Positions 49,881 to 59,086 of a stretch of 64,000 nt of DNA are shown one piece after another. Source of the stretch: an uncultured virus (IMG/VR IMGVR_UViG_3300042866_001374) (taxonomy: Duplodnaviria; Heunggongvirae; Uroviricota; Caudoviricetes); IMG/VR virus record IMGVR_UViG_3300042866_001374; one strand, 5' to 3'. How positions within the stretch are numbered: the stretch's first letter is position 1; each line of letters opens with the position of its first letter. Both the position numbers and the translations under genes were made by a program. Below the pieces are notes generated by a model. That model saw only the letters and a list, made by a program, of their open reading frames with translations, did no database searches and was not told the DNA's origin.

Positions 49881-50142
49881 TAAACGGTATTTGCTGATTC
49901 TCTGGTAATTTATAAATCTTCTGACCCTCTATCTTATAACTTCCTGGTGGTAGTCCTATTTGACCAGGTAGAGCGTTCTCTACAATACTCTCTACATCAA
50001 TCACAGCATCATTCAATGGTGTCACTTTACGATATGCTCGATTGACAGGATTCAATGCTACCATCATCTGTGCATCCTCTAGCAATGCACATTGACATAC
50101 ATTCTCTCCTGTATTTAAATTCACAACAACATAATAACTCAT
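49870..50142 (-). CDS. Hypothetical protein
   Basis: In-operon ORF. Confidence 0.7.
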   Translation of the reverse strand: MSYYVVVNLNTGENVCQCALLEDAQMMVALNPVNRAYRKVTPLNDAVIDVESIVENALPGQIGLPPGSYKIEGQKIYKLPENQQIPFNGL

Positions 50143-50148
50143 GATAAA

Positions 50149-50538
50149 TTAATCCAATTTTGATACTATTTGATTACCATTGAAATGATTTTTCAATTTC
50201 ATTACTTGATCTCTAAACTTATTTTCTGGACAACGCTGCCTACCCAAATTAAATAACCTCAAAGCAATAACAACATTATTGGGAATATAACCTTTAGATT
50301 CATCCAATCTTTCTAAACTAGGTGCAAGTGGATTATTCCTCTCATAAACACCGTAAGGGTCAATTGGATATTCAGTCCAATAGCATTTACCATTTTGTTG
50401 TTTATATTGTTTTATAAGATAAAATTCATCTATACTAACATCTAATGGTTCTGTTCTTTTAATACCATTCTTTTTTTCTTGTCCAGGTCGGGCGGCAGTC
50501 TTTGCTTTTGCTATGAGAGTCTTCCAAGGATTTCTCAC
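50149..50538 (-). CDS. Degenerate HNH-like endonuclease-fold protein
   Basis: QNGKCYWT...PSLERLDESKGYIPNNVV...FN. Confidence 0.55.
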   Translation of the reverse strand: MRNPWKTLIAKAKTAARPGQEKKNGIKRTEPLDVSIDEFYLIKQYKQQNGKCYWTEYPIDPYGVYERNNPLAPSLERLDESKGYIPNNVVIALRLFNLGRQRCPENKFRDQVMKLKNHFNGNQIVSKLD

Positions 50539-51716
50539 ACCTTTACCTCAATCACTTGACTTGCACATTTACCACCAAAACCAAAACTATTGTTCACAGT
50601 CCTTAGAACCTTTGATGTTGTCTTCAAATCACATGAAGTCCTTACAAGTTGCTTTGAGACATCATACTCTGCATTCTCCAAATTATAACATCCAGGAATC
50701 ACACAATTCCTCATGGATAGGATAGAGTAAATACACTCCAATACAGATGCAGCAGCAAGTGTATGACCAATCTTTGACTTTGGTGCATAGATTGGAACAT
50801 CAGGCAAATAATCTTGCAATACCTGATATTCAATCTCATCACCAATCGGTGTACTCGTAGCATGTGCAGAGATTGCATCAATTGTATCAGGTTCAATACC
50901 ATCCAATGCCTTATCCAATGCAAGTTTTGCACCAACACCATTTGTTGCAGGACTTGTTAAATCAAATGCATCACTTGCACAACCAACAGGATATAACTTT
51001 GCATACACATTTGAATCATATTGTTGTACTTTATCTTTTGATTGCAAAATTAAAATACCCGCGCCTTCTCCCATCACAAACCCTTCACGATTCTCATCAA
51101 AAGGACAATTGTGATTACCCAGTGCGCCAATGCCTGCGAAATACTTCAATGCCATCTCAAATACACCAGCATCAGCACCACCTACCACAACATAGTCATA
51201 CTCATCCAATATCCTCATTGCATAATCAATTGAATACATTCCAGTCGCACACGATGCATACAATGCCACTGATGCACCATGAAACTTATAATGACTCGTA
51301 ATCTGACCTACAATCATATCTGGAATACGATTGACAATCTTGAATGGATTCACTCTCTTATTCTCTTTAAACCGTTGGAAGTTACCATCAAGGAACTCCA
51401 CATCATTAGAGACACTTGATACAATCACGGCAACATTCGATGAGTGTTTTAGATTTGCCATCTTCAATGCCTGCTCAGTTGCATGAAGTGCCATCTGTTG
51501 CGCTCTGGTCATGTTAGCGGTTATTTTCGGCGTAAACGCCTCGGGAAGTAGAATATCATGCAAACATGGAATACCATACTGAATCTTATGCTCACCCATA
51601 AAATCAAGTTTCTGAATCGGATTATAATCATTAATCATATTCAGAAAACAATTCCCAGGTCGATTACCCAATGCATCGACCATACCATAACCAACAACAT
51701 AAGCAGGATTGACCAT
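50535..51716 (-). CDS. fabF: Beta-ketoacyl-ACP synthase II-like (FabF/KAS family)
   Basis: Cys-His-His triad: ASCATG, AHATST, KSKIGHT; also GFVMGEGAG and NSFGFGG. Confidence 0.9.
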   Translation of the reverse strand: MVNPAYVVGYGMVDALGNRPGNCFLNMINDYNPIQKLDFMGEHKIQYGIPCLHDILLPEAFTPKITANMTRAQQMALHATEQALKMANLKHSSNVAVIVSSVSNDVEFLDGNFQRFKENKRVNPFKIVNRIPDMIVGQITSHYKFHGASVALYASCATGMYSIDYAMRILDEYDYVVVGGADAGVFEMALKYFAGIGALGNHNCPFDENREGFVMGEGAGILILQSKDKVQQYDSNVYAKLYPVGCASDAFDLTSPATNGVGAKLALDKALDGIEPDTIDAISAHATSTPIGDEIEYQVLQDYLPDVPIYAPKSKIGHTLAAASVLECIYSILSMRNCVIPGCYNLENAEYDVSKQLVRTSCDLKTTSKVLRTVNNSFGFGGKCASQVIEVKV

Positions 51717-51724
51717 ACTCTGTA

Positions 51725-54034
51725 TTAACCTCCAAATCCCTTGACTGGTTTCTTCTTCTCTATTCTATCAAGAACTTCTACATGTGACAACTCATCGGAT
51801 TGCATCCAAATCTGATACACTTCCATATAATCATCTACAATGATACGCTCACCCTGATTTGATACAATCGCATAACGATGTTTGTCATACGGTGCATCAG
51901 ATGTTCCAGTAAAGTTCCTCAATTTCATTTACCTGTGTAATGGAATAGTTTGTACTTTGGTTTATGTCGTTGAATATACTTCGTTGCATGTTCTTCACAT
52001 TCAAACCAACATACTCTCTTCTCATCTAAATTGTCTAATCTCCATAAAAAAGATTGCCACGGGAATAATTCCTTATCCCGTGACTTTGTAATCTTAATCG
52101 TTGATTCCTTCTTCATGTTCAATCAACCTCCGTGGTCCTTGAATAAAATAATTTGCAATCATAGACAAAATAATCATTGTCAAATAATATGCAAGAAAAC
52201 TCATTGAGAGAACCTCTTTGCCCAAAGTTGATAGGATTTGTCACGCACACGCTTCAGTATCAGTGTACGCTCATTCTCATCAACACTCATCTCCATTGAT
52301 GCATCCAGAAGATGATTCAATGCAATGTTAATCATTTCTTGTTCCTCTGCATCAACGCAGAGATTCATTTCGGATTCAATTATCATGGTTTTGGGTTGCA
52401 ATTGGGGTGAAAGGTTTTAAACTGTGAGCAACGTTGTTCTGTTGCCTTCATACTATCATAACCCTCAAACATCTTTTTGTCACGTTGAATAATCAGTGCA
52501 TTCCATCCAAGAATTACAATGAGTACAAAAAAGATGTAACTGATTTTCTTACTGGTCATTTTATGACCCTCCGTAAACATAATCTATAATACCAGCAGCA
52601 TGATTCACACCTTCGATGATAGTGAACTTAGCATACCTGTCAAACTCATCAACATGATACTCACTAAACTCTTTGACAAACAACTCACGGGCGTGGTCTT
52701 TGGATTCAGCAGCAAGAACTACCATCCCACTGGTCCAGTCGGAGAGAATGTTGTTGATGATGTAAAGATTCATTTGATGTCGCCTTCAGCAATCAGACCC
52801 ATGATTTCACGAGCAGTGGCAGCAAAGTTAATGTGGTCCTCAAGACCCTCTTTAGCATAAATGTCAAAGACATCAGACTCACGATAGGTGTCCATAATCA
52901 GAGCACAGGCATCATACAGAGCAGCGATGTGATGTGCCTTGGATTGGAATGAGAGTGCCATGGGGTGTTCCCTTGATTACTTTGTAATTATAGGGTGCCT
53001 CAGAACTCCCGCAGCAGTTCATGGGGCAGTTCTTCAACTGGCCACTCCTCATCCAGGAGAGCATCCAGTTCCATGTCAGTGTCAATCACGGAGCGCAGTT
53101 GGTGTTCGTTGTAATCGTAATCCATGAGGTTCATAAGTTGACTACTTTTAAATTATAAGGGGTGCTTCAGCAAATCAAAGCGCCCAGTGTGCCAGTTATT
53201 GAATTGTCTATTTCTTCTCTGGTTTTGCTGCTGGTGGTGCAGTGTAAGGAACCTTACCAGTCTCATTATACATCAGAATGTCATATTTAAATTTACATTC
53301 CAATGGTTTTTGATTGCAAAGTTTAAGCGTATCTTGATGAGAACTATGTGTGCCTACATTACCACCCAATGCAAATCCGATTATACCAGCAAGGGCAAAT
53401 CCAACATAAGAAACATAATAAGTTTTAATCATAATTCAATCCCAAGAAACATTTTGAAGAAGGAACCCAGGCATTACATATGTCCAGGAACCAGACTCTT
53501 GACTACCACCGACTTTATATTCCCACTTGTATTCGTACTTATTATGACTATCCCAAGTCATATATCCCTTCTCTTTATCAAATCGTCCTTTAATAGTGAG
53601 ACCAAACTTATTAGAGAAGATATTGCGAGTACGCAATGCACCACCAGTCTCACGAGTTTCTACTACTTTACATGTGTCAGGATAGGTTTGAAGTCCTGCT
53701 TCAAGTACACATGGAGTTTCATATGCAAATGGACGATAGACCTTTGGTTTTGGTGGTGCATTCTGTGCAAATGCAGGTGCAGTCAACAGAAGAGATGCAA
53801 GAATTAGAAGTTTGTTCATTTGTCCTTCAGTAGATTGTGATAATGTTGTACTTCTGAGTTTTCAAAATCTTTACATCGTGGATAGAATACACCATCTCGA
53901 TAGCAAGACTTCTCTGGTTCATAGTAAACCTGAGATGATTTGGTGTAATTTCTCTCACAGACGTAAGTTCCATTCACACACAATTGCAAAAGAGTGAATA
54001 GTGTGGAGTACATTATACCACAACTCTCCAACAA
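51725..54034 (-). other. Run of small hypothetical ORFs (51725-51928, 51925-52122, 52201-52401, 52383-52559, 52561-52773, 52770-52961, 53000-53125, 53208-53432, 53436-53819, 53816-54034)
   Basis: Coupled minus-strand ORFs; several have N-terminal hydrophobic/signal segments (e.g. MNKLLILASLLLTAPAFAQ). Confidence 0.65.
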
Positions 54035-54321
54035 ACAGTAGCATTACCTCTTTTAGAAGATTCGATGTGAGCAAATGCAGCGTAACTCAAATCCAAATCA
54101 GCATGTGAGTAAGGACCACGGTCATTCACTCTCACAATTACTTGTTTACCATTATCTTGATTGGTCACTCGTATGCGTGTACCCATAGGTAGATAAGGAT
54201 GAGCTGCAGTCCAACGATAAGCATTAAACCGCTCACCATTTGCCGTAATTTGTCCATGAAATCCATCTCCAATTCCATAAAAAGTGGCGATACCACAAGC
54301 AAGACCAGCAATGATTGACAT
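54013..54321 (-). CDS. RlpA-like double-psi beta-barrel lytic transglycosylase
   Basis: ATFYG..DGFHG..TANGERF...TAAH..LPMGT..RVTN..NGK.V.VRVNDRGPY...LDLS.AAF. Confidence 0.9.
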   Translation of the reverse strand: MSIIAGLACGIATFYGIGDGFHGQITANGERFNAYRWTAAHPYLPMGTRIRVTNQDNGKQVIVRVNDRGPYSHADLDLSYAAFAHIESSKRGNATVCWRVVV

Positions 54322-54401
54322 GTTTGGTGAATGAGGCATAAGCATCATAACCTCACCAGAGGTGCCTACGTGCCCCTGTGTGCCACTTGTTTTGCTGTCT
54401 A

Positions 54402-54617
54402 CTATAGATTCTCCAGTTCCTCTGCTATTTTGAACATCTCTTGGGCAGTCTTAAGATTCATTTGTGGGCACTCATCAATTAAGGTCCGAACAAATGCTGC
54501 CAATGCTTTTGCACCTATTTTATCTTTCTTATCATGAGTTGTTCTGAGTAGAGTATTCATAGAATTTAAATACTCTTGCTCTAATCTTTTTGCTCTGCTT
54601 GACATTTTAACTGACAA
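54402..54617 (-). CDS. Hypothetical protein
   Basis: Short ORF coupled to the GT11 gene. Confidence 0.6.
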   Translation of the reverse strand: MSVKMSSRAKRLEQEYLNSMNTLLRTTHDKKDKIGAKALAAFVRTLIDECPQMNLKTAQEMFKIAEELENL

Positions 54618-55746
54618 CTGTAAATGAACGTTGGTCGGGATTCTCTAATCCTATGTAGTGTGGTTTATCAAAAAATAATGCTGCAAGATCTCTAGTTTGG
54701 TCATAACCATCAAGATCGATTTTAATAGCACCTAATCCAATCTCTGCAAAGGCATTTCTAGTATCCTCATCATGCCCTTGCATCCAATATTTTGGATAGA
54801 TAACTTTCTTACTATTAGATAATTCTACGCCCCACATACCAAAAGAACTATTTGCTGCAATATGATAATCACACATAGACATCAAGCATAGTTCAAATGA
54901 ATAATTATACAAATTATTTGCAATTTTCTCTTTATATGTTGGATGCAATTCTTTTACAAGTCTCACCATCTCTTGATTCAATTCTTCTTGAGTTGGAGTA
55001 GATGGCATCAAATTATCATAGGCATGTTTAGCTAATGCTACTTTGTAATCAAATCTACATTCTCCAGAAGCATCTACTAACCTATCCAATTCTTGACCAA
55101 CATCACAATTAATTAATTCATTATCGTTGAATATATCAAGAACAAACGTAAATCTTTCTGGATCACTTGCTGTTAAAATTGGATTTGTTAGAATATAATC
55201 TTTAACGTTACAAAAGATTAGAACTGGGATGTTTGGTGGCAGTAATTCCAATGCCTCTTTATAATAATCATCATCAATTAAAAACATTCCAGATCTAATA
55301 TCTTCAAAATCACCTCTACGAAGATGCATTGAGATTACTTCTTGACCATCAAACTTTGACATAAACTGACGGCATTTATCCACAACTTCTGGTCTAAACC
55401 GCAATTCTTTTTTAACAGATTCAAAATTAATAGAATCAACCATACTTTTAACAGTAGGATACCCATATAATTCACAGTTGTCCTCTACCATTGCAACAAC
55501 TTCTTCAAAAGAATGGTCATCCAAAAACTCAATGGACTTTAAATCAGCATCAAGTTCATCTTTAATACTGTTAAATTGCAAATTAGTAAATGTATTTCTA
55601 AGTGCCTTTAATCCATTTGTATTGATAGTATAACTATACCCTGTTCTATTTGCAATAGAACGCATCAATACATATGAAGATATCTGGTATCCCAATCCAG
55701 TTCCAGTAGCAGCAAATTCTTGATGATATTTAATCATATTGCACAA
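54607..55746 (-). CDS. Glycosyltransferase family 11 (alpha-1,2-fucosyltransferase-like)
   Basis: GLGYQ N-terminus, SMHLRRGDF, YYKEAL, LMSMCDYHIAANSSFGMWG, YPKYW; CTAAATA late promoter at 55762-55768. Confidence 0.85.
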   Translation of the reverse strand: MCNMIKYHQEFAATGTGLGYQISSYVLMRSIANRTGYSYTINTNGLKALRNTFTNLQFNSIKDELDADLKSIEFLDDHSFEEVVAMVEDNCELYGYPTVKSMVDSINFESVKKELRFRPEVVDKCRQFMSKFDGQEVISMHLRRGDFEDIRSGMFLIDDDYYKEALELLPPNIPVLIFCNVKDYILTNPILTASDPERFTFVLDIFNDNELINCDVGQELDRLVDASGECRFDYKVALAKHAYDNLMPSTPTQEELNQEMVRLVKELHPTYKEKIANNLYNYSFELCLMSMCDYHIAANSSFGMWGVELSNSKKVIYPKYWMQGHDEDTRNAFAEIGLGAIKIDLDGYDQTRDLAALFFDKPHYIGLENPDQRSFTVVS

Positions 55747-55764
55747 ATTATCCAGTGTTACTAT

Positions 55765-56553
55765 TTAGAAATATATCTCCCAAACTCCATCACACTTGAC
55801 CCCATGCCCCTGTAGTGTGATTCTACGGTCATTCAATGACAAATTATATGCAGGTGCAATTTGGTGTTGAAGTGGACCAATAAAATAGAACATTTTACCT
55901 GGAATATAAGGAATCACTGTTGGTGTTCCATATGCACCATATTCAAGTGATTTAATTGCTTTGGAATAATCATCATTGATTTCATAGCATTTAATTGCAT
56001 CTTCATTCCAAGTATTAAGACCAGCACCAGTTTTAGGAACTTCTAAACATAGAGTGAATGACAAACAATTTTCAAGGTCTACCTCACCATATTGACTCCA
56101 TACTGATTTATGCTTTTCTTGTTGAAGATCTACATGAATAGTTGCACTTGGACGTTCCATGTATTCTTTTGTTGCTACTTTTGGTTCCTCTCCAGGTTTA
56201 CAACCAAATATATGGAATCCAGGATATGCTAAAGAATCATTTAACCGACAGGGACCAATCTCATAATAGATGTGATATACAATGGTATCATACAACCAAC
56301 CAAAATATTCTTTAAGTAAAGGATTGGTCTGCATTGTCATCATAGTATACATCTGAGTATTGAGCATACAATCAATATATGTTGCAGGACCCAAAGTATA
56401 AAAATCCACTGGATTCTCAGCATCATGAGAGAATCCAGTGTTAGCAGAGTAAATCCCCCTTGGAATCCACCAATTACTCAATAAATCAATTCTTTCCAAT
56501 GCCGCATCGATTCTTTCTTTATCTAATACATCCAGATATCCTGCCGTTATCAT
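55765..56553 (-). CDS. 2OG-Fe(II) oxygenase-like protein
   Basis: PGFHIF, IHVD, SFTL, GAGL, HQIA, RITLQGH (HxD...H...R). Confidence 0.7.
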   Translation of the reverse strand: MITAGYLDVLDKERIDAALERIDLLSNWWIPRGIYSANTGFSHDAENPVDFYTLGPATYIDCMLNTQMYTMMTMQTNPLLKEYFGWLYDTIVYHIYYEIGPCRLNDSLAYPGFHIFGCKPGEEPKVATKEYMERPSATIHVDLQQEKHKSVWSQYGEVDLENCLSFTLCLEVPKTGAGLNTWNEDAIKCYEINDDYSKAIKSLEYGAYGTPTVIPYIPGKMFYFIGPLQHQIAPAYNLSLNDRRITLQGHGVKCDGVWEIYF

Positions 56554-57787
56554 TCAAACTCTCCTCTTTGATTTTTAGTTAAAAGATTTGGTACAATAGG
56601 TTCTTCCACCTTTATTTCAACATAGACATTAGTCTCATCATTCCAATGTCTTACGACCCCTGCGATAATGCAAATATTAGTAATGAGATAAGTGAGGAAT
56701 ATAACAGTACGTATATGAGCAATGTGGTCTGATTCTCTGTCATCATTTGATGCCTTCTCTCCCAGTGCCTTTGCCCACATTCTCCAAATCTTCATAAATG
56801 GATTCTCTCGTTGCAATGTATTTAAGTTCTTTCCATTGACTTGCATAACACAAAACAAGTAGTCTATCATTCCTATGAAGACGACATGCTTTATAATTTA
56901 CACAGTCTTTTGGACGGACAGATACTTCAATGGTAATGTATTCTTTACCTTTGAAGTAAACCCATCCTTCTACCCCCTTAGTCCACTCAACATAATCATT
57001 AACTTCTGGTTCATACATCGGTTAAATCATTGATAAACAACCAATCATCTGGTTCCTCACCATCAACTACAAATTCACAGTGAAGGGCATCTGCATCATC
57101 AATGTTAAACTCATCAACAAGTTGACTAATGCGATCCATGAAGAACTCTTCACAGTGAGTAATGCACCTTTCATGCATCAGATCTGACTTTATACTCATT
57201 TAAAAACTCCTGAATTTGGGTCATTTCTTTCAGAATGCATTCTAGTTGGGATTCAAGATGTGTCAACCTGTGCTGCTGGGCAGCAATGAAGTCTGGGTCT
57301 TTAATCATAATCATGTGGTAAACTGCTCCACAACACAAGAAGTGATGTCATCTTCAGAAACAGCATAGATGCGAGCATTCATAATGTTCTCCCTCAAATC
57401 ACTGTAATACTGTTCATAGTAATTACCATCGTCTTCAGCAGCGATGAGATCAAAACATTCATCATCGTTCTCAGCAATTACATTCCACAAACCACCATAC
57501 TCAGAAGAGGGGAAGGGAACGTAATGATCAACGATGTAAAGATACTTTTGTGCCATTTTTGTAGTTAAAGAACTCCTTAATTGTAAAAGAAAAGAATCGT
57601 GATGTCAAGCAGCAAATTCTACATTAAACTGCTCACACCACTCATTGTACTCATCCAAGCAACCATGCTCCATAGCATCCATCTCCTCATAGGTGTATGG
57701 ACGCTCTTCAAGGGTCAGCAGCATACCAGTTGTAGGACACTGCCACAGACCAGAGGTGTAGAGATCAAGGTGTTGTTGGATGGTCAT
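56550..57787 (-). other. Small hypothetical ORFs (56550-56795, 56743-57018, 57011-57199, 57311-57556, 57605-57787)
   Basis: Coupled minus-strand ORFs; 56550 ORF has a hydrophobic helix. Confidence 0.65.
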
Positions 57788-57855
57788 TGGAATCTCTTGA
57801 GTACCCACTCATTATAGGGGTGATTCCACCCCAATCTGGGGTGGTGTGTGCCAGT

Positions 57856-58293
57856 TTACAGACCTGTCCACACCCTTCCAGTGTCACACATGAATGTGAG
57901 TAGATACTTCTCTTCATTTTCATGTGCTTCTACTTCATGAGGTTGATTGGAGTAATCCATCTCCTCAACATTGATTCCCCTGTAAATTCTATTGCCACCA
58001 CGAAGACGCAGTGTGCCATCAACCCATTGTTTTACATGGATAAGTTCATGCAAAAGCGTAAGCGCATACAATCTTTTATTCATGTTAGATTGCAGTTCAA
58101 TTAAGAATGTGCGTGGATTGCGTTCTCCACCTTCAATATCACAATATCCATATGCACATTCACGCTTCATGCCACGATGAGTGACTGTAATATCAATCTT
58201 ATGACGAGGATAAAATTTGGTGATAAACCAAACTAAAATATCTTCGCATAGTTTTTTATGGGCACCATACCCATTGATTTCATAGTAAAACAT
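57856..58293 (-). CDS. Zn-metallopeptidase-like protein (HEXXH, SprT-like)
   Basis: TLLHELIHVKQ ... QPHEVEA. Confidence 0.75.
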   Translation of the reverse strand: MFYYEINGYGAHKKLCEDILVWFITKFYPRHKIDITVTHRGMKRECAYGYCDIEGGERNPRTFLIELQSNMNKRLYALTLLHELIHVKQWVDGTLRLRGGNRIYRGINVEEMDYSNQPHEVEAHENEEKYLLTFMCDTGRVWTGL

Positions 58294-58465
58294 TAAAAAT
58301 CACCTGCGTAAGACGGGTTCCCCAATGCATGAGCCAAATGAATGACCCAATAAAAATGAGTTTGTCAGTCTTTGTCATGTTTGTGCTCATCAAGGTAATT
58401 AAAGAATGGGGAGAATAGTACGAATCCTCCCCATGCAAATCCTGCAAGGATAATCAGTGCATAAA

Positions 58466-58915
58466 TCATCGTGCGTAAAGATAACCACCTGCCCAATCAC
58501 AATTTGCAAGAGCATTCTCACGTTGCTCAATGATACGCAAATCATAGCGAACTCCCTTAGCAGGTGCCTTCCAAGATGCAGACTTGTAGAGTTCACCAGT
58601 CTTGCGATCTACAAAAGCATGAACAGAACGAGAACCACCACCATCAATCATAATGATTTTGTGATACTTCTTACCACTTTCAATCACATAATCAATGTCA
58701 GACTTGCCAGACTTGAGTTCATCAATCTTACGTTGATGATACTCATGAGTGTCAGCATCAGTGCCAACAAACTTCTGATGTCCACGGACAGCATACTCCC
58801 TATAGTTGTCCTTGAGAGCATCAATCAACATGTAGCACCACTTGGTCACGTTGAGTTGAATGGTGTTACGAGCATCCTGCTCAGCAACAAACTGATCGAA
58901 GGTGGAAGCAGTCAT
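58466..58915 (-). CDS. Conserved phage early protein
   Basis: GKKYHKI...SVHAFVD.KTG.LYK.ASWKAPAKGVRY...DWAGGYLY; own promoter cassette. Confidence 0.8.
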   Translation of the reverse strand: MTASTFDQFVAEQDARNTIQLNVTKWCYMLIDALKDNYREYAVRGHQKFVGTDADTHEYHQRKIDELKSGKSDIDYVIESGKKYHKIIMIDGGGSRSVHAFVDRKTGELYKSASWKAPAKGVRYDLRIIEQRENALANCDWAGGYLYAR

Positions 58916-59086
58916 GAGAGGTGTTTGTTTGAACTGAAATCAGTATAATGGGTCAGATAACTCCCGATGTGTAATGCTGTGACGGTTTTTCAACTGGCAC
59001 ACTCTCACGGGACGAACCAACATTCCATGTAAACACGGTATGAACCATCATACCAATAGTCACAAAGAATACAAATTTAATTACCT

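Noticed and set aside
50149..50538. Active homing endonuclease
   Set aside because: HNH catalytic and metal-binding residues look degenerate; kept only as a fold guess
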